A stretch of 54,494 nt of DNA from Octopus sinensis (Eukaryota), in NCBI RefSeq assembly GCF_006345805.1, contig NW_021835879.1, positions 1-54,494 on the forward strand, in the 5' to 3' direction. Shown in pieces: positions 23,791 to 35,904 of the stretch. The translations under genes and the position numbers were made by a program. Positions within the stretch are counted from its first letter, which is position 1; each line of letters opens with the position of its first letter. Under the pieces are notes generated by a model, which did no database searches, was not told the origin of the DNA, and was given only the letters and a program-made list of their open reading frames with translations.

Positions 23791-23798
<8 letters not shown>
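23475..23798. repeat. Inverted repeat, 122-bp arms (2 mismatches) around an 80-bp spacer, between (TA)n tracts
   Basis: 23475-23596 is the reverse complement of 23677-23798. The ORF track shows the same peptide IVIFRNGHIASLA..RTIYLVLFLLQ on both strands. Confidence 0.95.
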
Positions 23799-23836
<38 letters not shown>

Positions 23837-23837
23837 A

Positions 23838-23885
<48 letters not shown>

Positions 23886-23934
23886 TATATATACACATAT
23901 ACATGTATATGCATGGCCACAGTTCGTGAGCTGA

Positions 23935-24290
23935 AACTAGATAAAAAAATAGTGCCTTCTCCTATGGCCTCGGGCTGACCGAAGCCTTGTGAGTGGATAT
24001 TGGTAGACGGAAACTGAAAGAAGCCCATTGTATATATTATGTATATATTTATGTGTGTGTGCGTGTTTCTGCGTTTGTCACCCGGACATCGTTTGACAAC
24101 CGATGCTGGTGTGTTTATATCCCATAAACCTAGCGGCTCGACAAAAGACCTAATAGAATAAGTACTAGGCTAACAAAGAATAAGTCCTAGGGTCAATCTC
24201 TTCGACTAAAATACCCTTTAAAGTACACCTCCTGCTTGGCCGCAGCCAAATGACTGAAACAATTAAAAGAATAAAAGAATAATTGAATAC
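23935..24290 (+). mobile_element. SINE family B, 5'-truncated
   Basis: gtgccttctcctatggcctcgggctgaccgaagcc...gtagacggaaactgaaagaagccc...gaataagtactagg...ggccgcagccaaatgactgaaac. Confidence 0.88.
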
Positions 24291-24299
24291 ACGAATACG

Positions 24300-24349
<50 letters not shown>

Positions 24350-24714
24350 AATATAACCACAAACCCAAGCAAGTTTGATTATATATATTTTACTGAGCCC
24401 TGTGTAAACGTAACGGCGTGGATTTTACCGTGTGGGCCTGTGAACGGCATCTATTAGGGGCAGACATATTAGTCAGCCTGACGTCACAAGAAAACGCATC
24501 GTGTGTGCTCTATATTTATATTATTTCGGCAGAGGTTCAAAGCACACTGATTGCTCTAGCAGATGGATTCATCTCCTGATAATCAGATATACGAAAGCGA
24601 AGTTGCACGTAAACCCTGAAAACCTACCAGCCCGTCAATCTACCAGCCAGCCTGCGAGTCTGTCAGTGGGTCGACATTAACGGCCCACCTGTCTGTCTGT
24701 ATGTCAGCCTCTCC

Positions 24715-25800
24715 TTACTCTTCCGTTTGCAGCAGCAGCAGCAGCATCACCACCACCATAGTCAATCCTAATATAACCGCCACTCCCGTCACAATCATCC
24801 ACGCGTACCACCACCGCATCACTCTCTGCTGTCGCCATTACTGCTGTCACCGCCGTCGCCACCACCACCACCACCACCACCTAACACCACCACCACCATC
24901 CAAACATAACCAATGTCTCCTCCTTTACCAAGACCACCAGTGCCACCACTTGCATCGTTAGGATTACTGCCAACGCAAGCAAGACCACCACTGTTGAATC
25001 AATGAGGAAGTCACTATGCGGTCGCTGGAAATGGGTCGAAAAATAGCGAAACCCCGGTCAAATTACTCTGCAGTTTTAAAGGAAAGAAGTGGAATAATGC
25101 GGTTCTGAGTTCGCCGTGCACTGGGAAAACGTCTGGATGGTCAATCATGGAAAGCTTTTCCCTCATAGGTTTGCTTAATTAGGGTTGACCTGTGGCTAAA
25201 GGAAAACAATAACTGCAAGGAAAATGAATAACATCGCTCGGACCAACATTTCCAACACCGCCATCGGCACTACGAACACGACTACCACCACCACCCTCGC
25301 CGCTGCCGCCGCCACCACCACCACCTCCAACAGCAGGAACATTACCAACATCCCTACCACTGATACCATCAATACTAGCACTGCCACCACCAGCATGAGC
25401 ATTACTAAGGCTACCACAACCACAAACCACTACCACCAATACCATCACCACCACTACCACCAACAACAACCGGGACAACAACACGACTCCCATCATCTCT
25501 TCCATCAACACTACCATCAATGCCACCGCCACCACCATGTGTGCTACCACCACTGCTATCGTCACCACTAAGTAACACTACACCATGTACTCTACTACCA
25601 CCTTCACAATCAGCATCGGTACTACCGCTGCTAACACCACTCTACTACCACCAACCCACCACCACCGCTACTACCTTTATTTACCACCACCGCTACCACC
25701 GTCACGACCACCACCACTACCACCGTCACGACCACCACCACCGACGACGCCAACACACCAACACCAATAGCTCCACAACCACCACCGCCACCCCCGCCAC
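24715..25800. repeat. Degenerate (CAC/ACC/CAT)n low-complexity region, interrupted at ~25020-25200 by a non-microsatellite segment
   Basis: Direct reading; gives poly-T/H/P and poly-V/G ORFs. Confidence 0.85.
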
Positions 25801-26548
25801 GCCACCCGACCGCATGTGCTCCTTGCCAGTAAGCACCAGCGTTTTCTCCAGGTTTGTTTCTTGTAGAAATTCGCTGGAAGTCTTCGAGAAGGGAAGAACG
25901 AAGCAGAAAGATAAAGACGTGTCTGTGGAGTCACTTTAGGCGACAAACACGGACATGCATGCTGTTTCTTGTCTCTCACATTAGCTTCTTGTGAGGTAAA
26001 AAAACACACACGTATAACAACAAAAAACAATAACAACACCAACAAAAATAACAACAGCAAGAACAACAACATCATAACATGAGTAACAGCACAACACCAA
26101 CAATAACAACAACACGAACGACGAAGTAAATCTTGAAGCAACACAAAATTGAAAAAAAAAAAATTCCAAAACAGAAAACGAAGAATGAAAGTTAAAAAAA
26201 TGTTATTTCAAAAAAGAAAAAAAAATAGAAAAGAATAAAAGGGGTGCCCACACCATCCTTATTCCACCCGCAAAAAGAGGAACAAAAAGAAAAAGAAAGC
26301 CTGTATCATCTACAACGATGATAACTTAATAATAAGCTTTGAACGACACACACACACACAGACACACACACACACACACACACAGACACACACACACACA
26401 CACACTGCCTGTTTCACTCTCTACATAAATACACAAACATATATCTTTATGTGTGTGTGTATATATATACAATATATATATATATATATATACAGATATC
26501 TCCAGCATGGCCGCACTCAACTGACTGAAACAGCAAAAAAATAAAAGG

Positions 26549-26584
<36 letters not shown>

Positions 26585-27371
26585 CATACATGTGTGTGTG
26601 TGTGTGTATTTCTACATTGATTCACTTTCTTCCTCATACATATTTTTCTATTTCTCTCTCTCCCTCCCCCTCTCAGTTTCTAAGCTATATCTACCTACCT
26701 ATTTATTTCTCTCGGTACCCCTCTACCCCCCTTACGCTTTTCTGGTTTCACAGACACCCACATACATATATAGAAAAGAAAACATAGATAAATACCTAGA
26801 AATCAGAACTGGAAACAAAAAAGAAAACCCTTTACTACAAAACGTCCAGAAAATAATTCGTAACTTCTCTTTTTATCTCTCAACATAGCTCGAGTGTGAC
26901 TAATGCTACATACATATCAGTTTCGGACAAGCGACACATTTAGATAACATATTTCTTGATATTTCATAACGAACAATTCGTAGAAACACTTATTGCAAAT
27001 GTTTACGATGTCCAGTTCTTCCATAAACGGTCTCTTAACGATGCTTGCTGGTATTGATAGCGCATTCGTTGTTGAGATCAAAATCAGATTTAATCATCCC
27101 GCAGATACGGTCAAAAGCGTTCCAGTCAAGACTATCCAGTCATATTTTCTACTGCACAGTATATGTAGGACTACCTTGTTTATTGGGCAATCGGTACAGT
27201 ATTTCATTGGAGGTACATTTACCTGCTGCTTTCGGAGATCATTGGCTAGCTAAGAATCACATTTATTGGCTTGGACAGTGATTATAAAATTTAATTTGTG
27301 GAGCATGTAGCCCCACCCCCCGCCTAATCTCAGAAGCCGAAGGAAAAACTCAGTATCACTTTCATTTTGGT

Positions 27372-27585
27372 TTCAAATTTTAGCACAAGGCCAGCAGTTT
27401 TGTGGGGAGGTGCAAGTCGATTACAACGACCCCAGTGCTCAAGTGGTACTTAATTTATCGACCTCGGAAAGATAAAAAGCAAAGCCAAGCTCAGCGGATT
27501 TTGAACTCAGAACGTGGAGACAGGCGGAATGCAAGCTAACCATCTTGCTCGGCGCGCTAACAATTATGCCAACTCATTGCCTTAA
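27372..27585 (-). mobile_element. SINE family A, antisense copy
   Basis: Reverse complement core: gtcgattacaacgaccccagtgctcaagtggtacttaatttatcgacc...tttgaactcagaacgt. Confidence 0.82.
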
Positions 27586-28099
27586 TCAGCATTACCTTAA
27601 TTATAATGACATGAAACGAAAGACGAGGGAGCATTTACTTTATAAATTAGTTGAAATAAACAATTGAGATGTCTTGTTTCTCGTAGAAACTGCAAGAGTA
27701 GTGAAAGATGTTACAGGCTCTTCTTTTAGCAGCGTCTAAGACTATGGCGGTGTTGGAAACCCTTCCATTTCATCAGTAGCTCTCTTCGGGTCAAGAGCAT
27801 TTTGTTCCTTTATTTGTTCGCTTCTCCAGAGTATGGCAGCAAGGACTGAATTAGGGTTACATCGACAGTCTTTTCTCAACTATAAATACCCGATTTGGTT
27901 TCAGCTGCTGTGCCCATACCATTGATGGCATTAAGTTTTAACAAACACGTCATATCTCACGGAACACTACAAATTTCTTTCCCGCAGCAAAGGTTCTCCC
28001 TGCGACCACATTGAGATTCACTGTCTAAGCCTTAGACTCTAAGGAATGGAGCTTCGTTGCAATGTAAGGAACTGTTTGCGATGCTATTGTTGTTTAGTC

Positions 28100-28610
28100 A
28101 CAGCCAGCAAGCTGGCAGAATCTTTAACATGCCGAGCAAAATGCTTAGCGGGATATTGTCCGTGCTTACGTCCTGAGTTCAAATTCCGCCGAGGTCAACT
28201 TTGCCTTTCATCTTTTCAGGATAAGTACCAGCTGAATACTGGAGTCGCTGTAATCGACTTTACCCCCATCCTTAAATTGCTGACCTTGTGCCAAGATTTG
28301 AAATTATTATTGATGTATAGGCCATGGGTAATTGTAATGGAGAATAGCTATGATCCAAAAATTCCACTCAGGACCACCACCATCGATCTTTTTTGTTTGT
28401 TTGTTTTTAAGCACAATGTTTCTAAAATGGATGTGTGATGGAATACCAGAATCGCCAGAGTGTCGGGAAAATACGTTGCTCCACCCAGATACGGACTTTT
28501 ACTGAGAAAGATTGTTGCCTTTCATACTTCTGGGGTCGTAAGTAAAAAAAGGGTACCGTTCCAGTTTGGGGGTTCGATATAATAGTTTTCTTTCGCTACC
28601 CTTGAAATCA
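28100..28610 (+). mobile_element. Two SINE family A copies (~28100-28305 clear, ~28445-28610 degenerate)
   Basis: gcaagctggcagaatc...ctgagttcaaattccgccgaggtcaactttgcc. Confidence 0.8.
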
Positions 28611-29299
28611 ATAGAGTTGAGCCCTCAATGATGGATTCCACTTAATCCAAATAGGATTTACATTACTTAATGTAACCTTTCCTCTTTTAAAGTTGTGTAT
28701 CTTGCTATGTCTAGCAAGCCGCCTGACCACATAGTGTCTTGCTCTTTGGGTTGACTATGTGCCTCTCTTTCTCTCTCTCAATCTCTCACCCTTTCTCTCT
28801 TCCTGTATATGTGTGTGGGTGTGTGATTGCGTCTATAATGTTTAAAACTCAAATGTAACCCACTTGTCATGCATGCATGCATACAACTTTGTGAAGTGTG
28901 TGTATATGCATAAACACTCAAGCAGGCTTATGTGTGTGTATATAAATATATAAATACCTACATATATATACATATGTATATAAATATACATAACATACAG
29001 GAGCACATACACATACGTAAGTTTCCTGTCTACAAGTATCTATGTATATTACTTCACTGCTGTTGTTACTGTTGTTGTTGTAAATGTTTGTGTTATATGT
29101 TAACCGGGTGTCAGTTGCTATTTGCAACCTCACCTGCTTCCAGACATCATATCGTCCAAGACCTCACTAGAAGACAGCAACAACATCACCACTAACAACA
29201 ACACCAACAACAATAATATGAAGCACAGTAACGGCAAGAAAAGCAATAACTACAATATCACTGACAGGCACCATTGAAGGGGATTAGAAACAAGACGAG

Positions 29300-29760
29300 G
29301 TATCTTCGAATTGCTAAGTTGGTGCCAGCGATGTAGGAACAATATTTCGTCTTCTGAGATTTTCATCTGCTTTCATAAAGCTCGTCTCTTTCTTTGAGCT
29401 GCGGTCCTGGGTCGAGTAGAAACACAAGTTAGATTTATGGTATTTGTTAATATGGCCATGTTTAGAACAAGTAAAGCTAGAGAAAGCCGTCAGTGGTAAA
29501 GCGAATATGAAACGAGCGAATGCACGCAGTCTGAGCTTGTTCCTGTAGGCCTCGAAACAGCATCTGATAACGTGACCCTTACCCTTGGTGCTCAAGGTAA
29601 TTTAGGGTCTGTGAAGTTTCTTTGATTTGTCTCACCACCAATGTATTCTGTCCAGTCTTTTGTAAGGCCACAATTCTCTTCGACGTGATTAGAAGCAATA
29701 TATAACCTTTTAAGTTCTGCATGGATAAACAAATCCCAATGATTCTAAAAGGGCACAGGA
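29300..29760 (-). mobile_element. Highly degenerate LINE apurinic endonuclease fragment
   Basis: Minus-strand fragments IVALQKT, FALPL, TINLTCVS and LKERDELYE loosely follow APE domain order; many frameshifts. Confidence 0.35.
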
Positions 29761-29871
29761 TCATTCCGGAGAAATTTTTCAGAATTGGGAGCTGAAAAAA
29801 AGCTCAGATACAGACGGAGTAGCGCAGAATGTCCTCATGCTAAGGGTCATTTTAAGACTTCTTATGCAGGA

Positions 29872-30060
29872 CAAGGTGGCAGGCTGGCAGATCGTTGGCA
29901 CTCCAAATTGTTTGACAGAATGTCTTCTGGTTCTCTACGTTTAGATTTTATTTCCTACTGCGGTCAACATTGCCTTTCATCCCTTTAGGGTCGATAAAAT
30001 AAAGTACGGGGCAACCAGTCAGGTACTGGTGTCGAGTGACATGCTCCCTTCGATGAAAAT
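29872..30060 (+). mobile_element. SINE family A, diverged copy
   Basis: ggtggcaggctggcagatcgttggc...gcggtcaacattgcctttcatccctttagggtcgataaaataaagtac. Confidence 0.72.
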
Positions 30061-30553
30061 TCACTGCGATCGGCGTTTCGTTTCGGGAGAATGTGATCTC
30101 GGCAGCTCATATACCATGATATCCGGTTAACCAACTTTTCGAGTCCAAGATTTCCAGCATCCCTGACTCCTATGGAAAAGAAAAGAGAGAAGCAGGTAAT
30201 GCAACAGTGATAACTGTTCTCAAAGCAGGACGGGTTGATTCTTTTGAAATAATGAAAGCCGCCGACAATCAAAAACCTTCCTCGGCCATAACCTGCAACA
30301 GCAACGCTGTCGTCTTGCAATGACAAGGAAGAGTGGGACACTGAAATATGGTAACAGGTCCGGGGTTAGGGTGAATGTGTAGCAGAAAGGCTACGTGAAA
30401 CGAAAGAGTGTTTTACTGACCTCATCTCTTTCTCATTGCCATACTTAAACAATTACAACCCCACCAATATATAACAGAATTATATATGTGTATATATGTG
30501 TGTGTGTATGTATGTTTATATACATAAATATGCATACAATATATAAATATACT

Positions 30554-30590
<37 letters not shown>

Positions 30591-31057
30591 TTATGTATGT
30601 ATATATATATATGTGTGTGTGTATATGTGAGTGTGTATGTATGTTTATATGTATGTGTGTGCGTGTGTAAGCATATATATATACAAATGCACATCAGGGT
30701 ATTTGTAAAAACAATCATAATGAAAAGGGTGTAAAATAACGGTTGCATATTATATGATTTACAGATCTGAAAACCAACAAACCAAAACAATGCTGAAAGG
30801 AAGCAATTCCAAAATACGAAGAATTTAGTAAAAGGCGTCGGCTACGAAATATTTTTAGATTCTTTCAATTTATTTTTAAAATCAAAATAATGCATTCTTT
30901 CGTCTTAGAAGTTGGTTTGCAAGCTTCCTTGAAGTGAACTCGTGTGACCCTCTCGAGATACAGTATAATACAACCTGATACATTCATGCCGAATAGCAAC
31001 TCCATTTCAGACGATGACATATATTCATATATACATGCATACATATATATAAATGGG

Positions 31058-31092
<35 letters not shown>

Positions 31093-31105
31093 CATATATA
31101 TATAC

Positions 31106-31166
<61 letters not shown>

Positions 31167-31544
31167 TACATATATATATATGTGCATGTATATATATATA
31201 TATACATATATGTATATATATGTATATATAAATAAAATATCTATACATATATCTATCTACATATGTACATACACACACACGTATGCATGTACATATGCAC
31301 ACACGCGGACACACACACACACACACACACACGCGCGCGGACACACACACACACACACTCACATACGCATATTTTCATGATGTGGGAATATTCAAGATTC
31401 AATATTCCCGTTCATTTATTCTTTGTAGACATTGGTAAAAGTCGCAAAGAATTCCTGTAGCACTCTCAATGCCTCGATGAGACGAACTGAAAGGCGTTGT
31501 GTCGTTGGTTACCTGGCCTTGATGAATCGTCTGATCCGAGCACC

Positions 31545-31685
31545 AAAGAAGAAAACTAATTGGCCGCCCGGAACATCCGAAATATGTACCAGTATGGAAG
31601 ATTGGTGCAGCTACTTCAAGAATTTGACCACTACTGACTGAGTATTCTGGGACTTAGTGAAATGTGCTGGAAGGGTTAAAGGTGC
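31545..31685 (+). mobile_element. RTE-type LINE endonuclease N-terminal fragment
   Basis: RNIRNMYQYGRLVQLLQEFDHY*LSILGLSEMCWKG resembles the WNVRTMY...ILGLSExRW motif of RTE APE domains. Confidence 0.72.
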
Positions 31686-32738
31686 CTTGTCGTGTCTGCG
31701 CTTGTACTCTTTCTGCGCTTGTACTTTTCTACGCCTGTACTGTTTCTGCGTAAGGCTACCACGAGCGCTAATGATATGAGTCATGGTTTTGACTTTTCTC
31801 CCACACATTCCACGGATGTTCATTGCACTTGTGTGCTATATATTTGTTTTCTCTGGGATGATATTCAATGCCTGGCCCTGGGCAACGATGATGAAACTTT
31901 CAGCCCCCTTTTAAAGGTCACCTTTTCTAAGCTATATCCATGAAACTTCATAATCTTTTAAGTTGTTAGTTTCGCGTCGGACTGACATGTAATTCCAAAT
32001 GGAGCAGTGTTTGTTCTCTCGTCGGCTATTCGTGATTGGAATTCATCAGAACACTCAAGTCGAATTTTGGTAAATCCTTCTGCGTTGGCAGGCCTTGTTC
32101 GCTGTTTACCAGATATTTCTTCTCTCACCGCCGATGCACTCCTCTACGCTTATCCAACTTCGTCTACCTTTACTCCTCTTCAAGTACATCCAAGGGGAGA
32201 GAGTACCATGTGTTGTCCTCAGCTCTCGGGTTGTGCGTTTCAGTTGGTCAATCTCCGCTCGCGTCCATTTCAGAATGGGTCTATTAAAACGAACAGCAGC
32301 AACAACCCCTATATTGATAGCAACCACAAGAAGATTGCGGGGCTTGAAACATGCAGCAATGACCTTGTCTTTCACTTCTCTGTGCAAGATATTGTCCAGC
32401 TCCAGGCTCTCACATTATGATACTTGTAGCCATCATCATCTCGGTCTCCCATGTGCTTTGCATTTGGCAATTCTCTGCCCTTGCAATCTGTTCTTTTCCC
32501 CCGTTTCAAAGTGAGCACAGCACACTTTGAGATTCCGAATTCCTCTTCTGTGTCCTTGTTGCACATCTGTACATTCTCACTCAGTCTTTCCACTTCAGTT
32601 TCTGTTTTGCTAACAATTTTAATAATCCATGATAAGATAGGTGAGACGAGGTTCATTCTGCCACGACTCGAGAGCGCGTAAACTTTGCATACAGCTACAG
32701 AAAGTAGGCTATAACAAATAGCAAAGGTGAACAACAAT
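31686..32738 (-). mobile_element. R4/Dong-clade non-LTR retrotransposon fragment B (RT domain 4 to zinc knuckle), decayed
   Basis: Minus strand: SPLLFVIA; SKTETEVERL..EFGISKCAVLTLKRGK..LP..GYKY; AINIGVVAAVRF..ILKWTRAEIDQL; YLKRSKGRRSWISVEEC; AESFIIVAQGQAL; MCGRKVKTMTHIIS; YKRRHDK. An internal ~18-bp tandem triplication lies at ~31695-31750. Confidence 0.88.
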
Positions 32739-32752
32739 CTATTATTATTGTA

Positions 32753-33829
32753 ATTGAGTGAGAGAGCAAAGAAGCTCATTCTATGCATTCCCAGATTACA
32801 CACGCAAATTCACAGGTAAAATATGTATTTAAAAATTAATAAATAAATAAATTCATGAATGGATGTTGTTTTCACAGCGATAATGCTCTTCTCAGTACAT
32901 GAGTCGTTCCAGTTAACACCCTGTTAACACCCCTGTAGGGATGGTAAACCTGGTATCCTTTGCAAATAGGTTTTAGTACCTTTTTTTAAATCATTCCTAG
33001 AGATCCTACAATCACTGATACTGTAGTCGCCTTGAGATGCCACATTTTTTCAATTTCTATTAGCAAGTCTTTATATTTACTGATCTTGTCAAATTCTTTC
33101 GTCGTTATATTCGCAAGAATACTCATGTCAATTAGTAAACACATATTTTTTTGTCTGATCTTTTATAATAATATCCGGCTTATTAGCTTTTATAATTTTG
33201 TCGCTATGTAAGGGGGAGTCCCATAGAATCGACACATTTTCTCCCTCAGTCACAGCTTAAGGATGGTGTTTATACCATTTGTCAGCGGTTTTGATTTTAT
33301 AATGTCGACATATTGTCCAATGTAAATACTGACCGACTCTGTCATGTCTTGCTTTATATTCTGCAGGTGCTAAGACTCTACATCCTGAGATTAGGAGGTC
33401 TATAGTTTCAATTTCATCATTACAGAATCGGCATTTTGGGTCAGCTCCATTTTTTTTATCACATTGGCTTAGTAGTTCCGGGTTAATAAGCTTTGGTCTT
33501 GAGCAGCTAATATGAAACCTTCACTCTCTGCTTTTAACCCTGAGCTTCGTAACCATTGGTGCAGGTGTTTCTGGTCGACATCAGCTTGTTTGCTACGGGC
33601 CACATACTTGCCATGCAGAGGTTACTGTTCCCATCTGTTAGCTAATTTTTCATGTGCTTTAGTCTTTGCAATTAATTTCATTTTCTTGGCAGCATCAGTT
33701 GGCGCATTTCCTTCAGCCTCATTAATCTGGAAGGTATCTAAGAGATCAGTAGCGAATTTTTTGCTCTCTTTCAGAATAGATTGAAATTTTTTCGGTCTTT
33801 TATGTTTTTTAGCAAGTTTTAGCATCTTT
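32753..33829 (-). mobile_element. R4/Dong-clade non-LTR retrotransposon fragment A: 5'-truncated 3' end with zinc knuckle, restriction-like endonuclease, 3' UTR and (AAT) tail
   Basis: Minus strand: PLHGKY..HQWLRSSGLKAESEGFILAAQDQSL; CRFCNDEIETIDLLISGC (H to L); EYKARHDRVGQYLHWTIC; ANKPDIIIKD..LIDMS..KEFDKISKYKDL..EKMWHLK. Stop at 32872-32874 and a ~120-nt 3' UTR; (AAT)n on both sides. Confidence 0.93.
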
Positions 33830-33848
33830 ATTATTATTATTATTATTA

Positions 33849-33910
<62 letters not shown>
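33830..33910. repeat. (ATT)n/(TAA)n microsatellite between stacked insertions
   Basis: Direct reading. Confidence 0.97.
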
Positions 33911-33913
<3 letters not shown>

Positions 33914-34425
33914 GAGTGAGAGAGCAGTTCATGCCATCAAAGTGACACTGGGATAAAATATACGAAGCCCACTATACCCATCATGACTACCCGTCTGATA
34001 AGGGTACACCAGGCACATGCACCTCAACCATTTGTGCGCGACATAGTGATCTCATATCAAGATAAACAGCGCATGACCTTGCAGGTGGGGCCCAGTTACA
34101 ATTTTCTTCTGGTCGAGTAACCCACCCTGCTCAAAAGGTCCTTGAATAAGGATTGTTTAAAGATGTTGAACGAACCAGCCATGTTTCCAAAGGTGAATTA
34201 TCCAAACCTCTAAGAATTCCTCTCAACACACGGCTATGATGCTCCCCCACTACTTCTGCTCGTGATCAGAGATGCACATATCGTCAGCCACTAAGGGACA
34301 TGCTCAACTGGTTACGGTCAAACAACTGACAAGCAAATCTGTGGTATTGAGCAGAATATTTGCTGTAGCCCATCTTTTATACCAAGACAAAACAATGTAC
34401 ATGATAACACTTCCAATCACTTAAG
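33911..34425 (-). mobile_element. ~510-bp apparently non-coding element embedded in (TAA)n, sharing its 3' terminus with fragment A
   Basis: Flanked on both sides by (ATT)n. Plus-strand start ATTGAGTGAGAGAGCA is identical to 32753-32768. No ORF in the track. Confidence 0.75.
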
Positions 34426-34523
34426 ATTATATATTATTATTATTATTATATATTATTATTATTATTACTATTATTATTATTTTTATCATATTATTATTAT
34501 CATTATTATTATTATTATCATCA

Positions 34524-34554
<31 letters not shown>

Positions 34555-34707
34555 CTACTATTATTATTATTATTATTATTATTATATTATTATTATTTTA
34601 TTATTATTCTTATTATTAGTAGTATTAGTATTATTATTATCATTATTATTATTATTATTATTATTATATTATTATTATTACTATTATTTTATTATTATTA
34701 TTATTAT

Positions 34708-34744
<37 letters not shown>

Positions 34745-34745
34745 C

Positions 34746-34785
<40 letters not shown>

Positions 34786-34852
34786 CTATTATTATTATTA
34801 TTATTATTATATTATTATTATTATATCATATTATTATTATTATTTTATATTA

Positions 34853-34886
<34 letters not shown>

Positions 34887-34888
34887 CA

Positions 34889-34920
<32 letters not shown>

Positions 34921-35232
34921 CATTATTATTATTTATTATTAATTATATCATATATTATTATTTTATTATTATTATTATCATTATATTATTATTATTATTA
35001 TGTATTATTATTAGTATACTATTATTATTATTATTATTATTATCATATTATTATGATTATTATTATTATTATTATCATTATTATTATTATTATTAATTAT
35101 TATTATTATCATTATTATTATTATTATTATTCTTATTATTATTATTATTATTATATATTATCATCATTATTATTATATTATTATTATTATTATTATTATT
35201 ATTATCATTATATATTATTATTATTATTATCA

Positions 35233-35271
<39 letters not shown>

Positions 35272-35430
35272 TATTACTATTATTGATTATTATATATCAT
35301 TATTTTATTATTATTATTATTATTATTATTACTTATTATTTATTATTATTAAATCATTATTATATTATTATTATTATTATGAAATCATCATCATTATATT
35401 ATTATTATTATTATTTTATTATTATTATTA
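34426..35430. repeat. ~1-kb degenerate (ATT)n array
   Basis: Direct reading; poly-I/Y/L ORFs are artefacts. Confidence 0.97.
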
Positions 35431-35834
35431 TTCTCTCGCCAGAGTTACCCTTTCTTTTAATTCTTTTTCTCATAGTCGTAGTACTGGTCGTCATCACCAT
35501 CCTCTTCGGTGCCATTGTCTGTCTGTCTCTTCCACCACCTCCTCATCTCCTCCTCCTCCTCCTCCACCCACCTCATCATCATCATCTCTGTCTTCGGTTT
35601 TTCCATTATTCCCACCGTCGTCATTGTTGTTGTTTACGACGTCGTATTTTGCATCACCATCATCACCATGCCTTATGGCATATTGTGTTTGCATAACGAA
35701 GAACCTCGTCCCTACAAATCTAAATCATGTTTGCAGACCAGCCCCGGGAGTGCGTCTAATATGCAAATCGGTATATCCAACAACTTGACACCACTGTATG
35801 TGGTGGCTGTATAAGCAATGTGTTCGGAGGTAAT

Positions 35835-35904
35835 AGTGAGTTAGATGAGTGCTGATGAAAGGGCAATAACCCCCGAAATATGGCGTATGCACTCATTACT
35901 CACT
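35835..35904 (+). ncRNA. Degenerate type I hammerhead motif (probably inactive)
   Basis: AGTGAGT..TGAGTG-CTGATGA-AAGGG-CAATAA-CCCCC-GAAA-TATGGCGTAT-G-CACTCA..ACTCACT. Stem I is extended, but H17 is G and there are A-C mismatches at the base of stem II. Confidence 0.65.

Noticed and set aside
24479-24486. Perfect CRE site TGACGTCA
   Set aside because: One 8-mer in 54 kb is expected by chance; no supporting promoter context.
30120-30322. ~67-codon open frame in unique sequence
   Set aside because: No recognisable domain or convincing splice sites; this length is common by chance.
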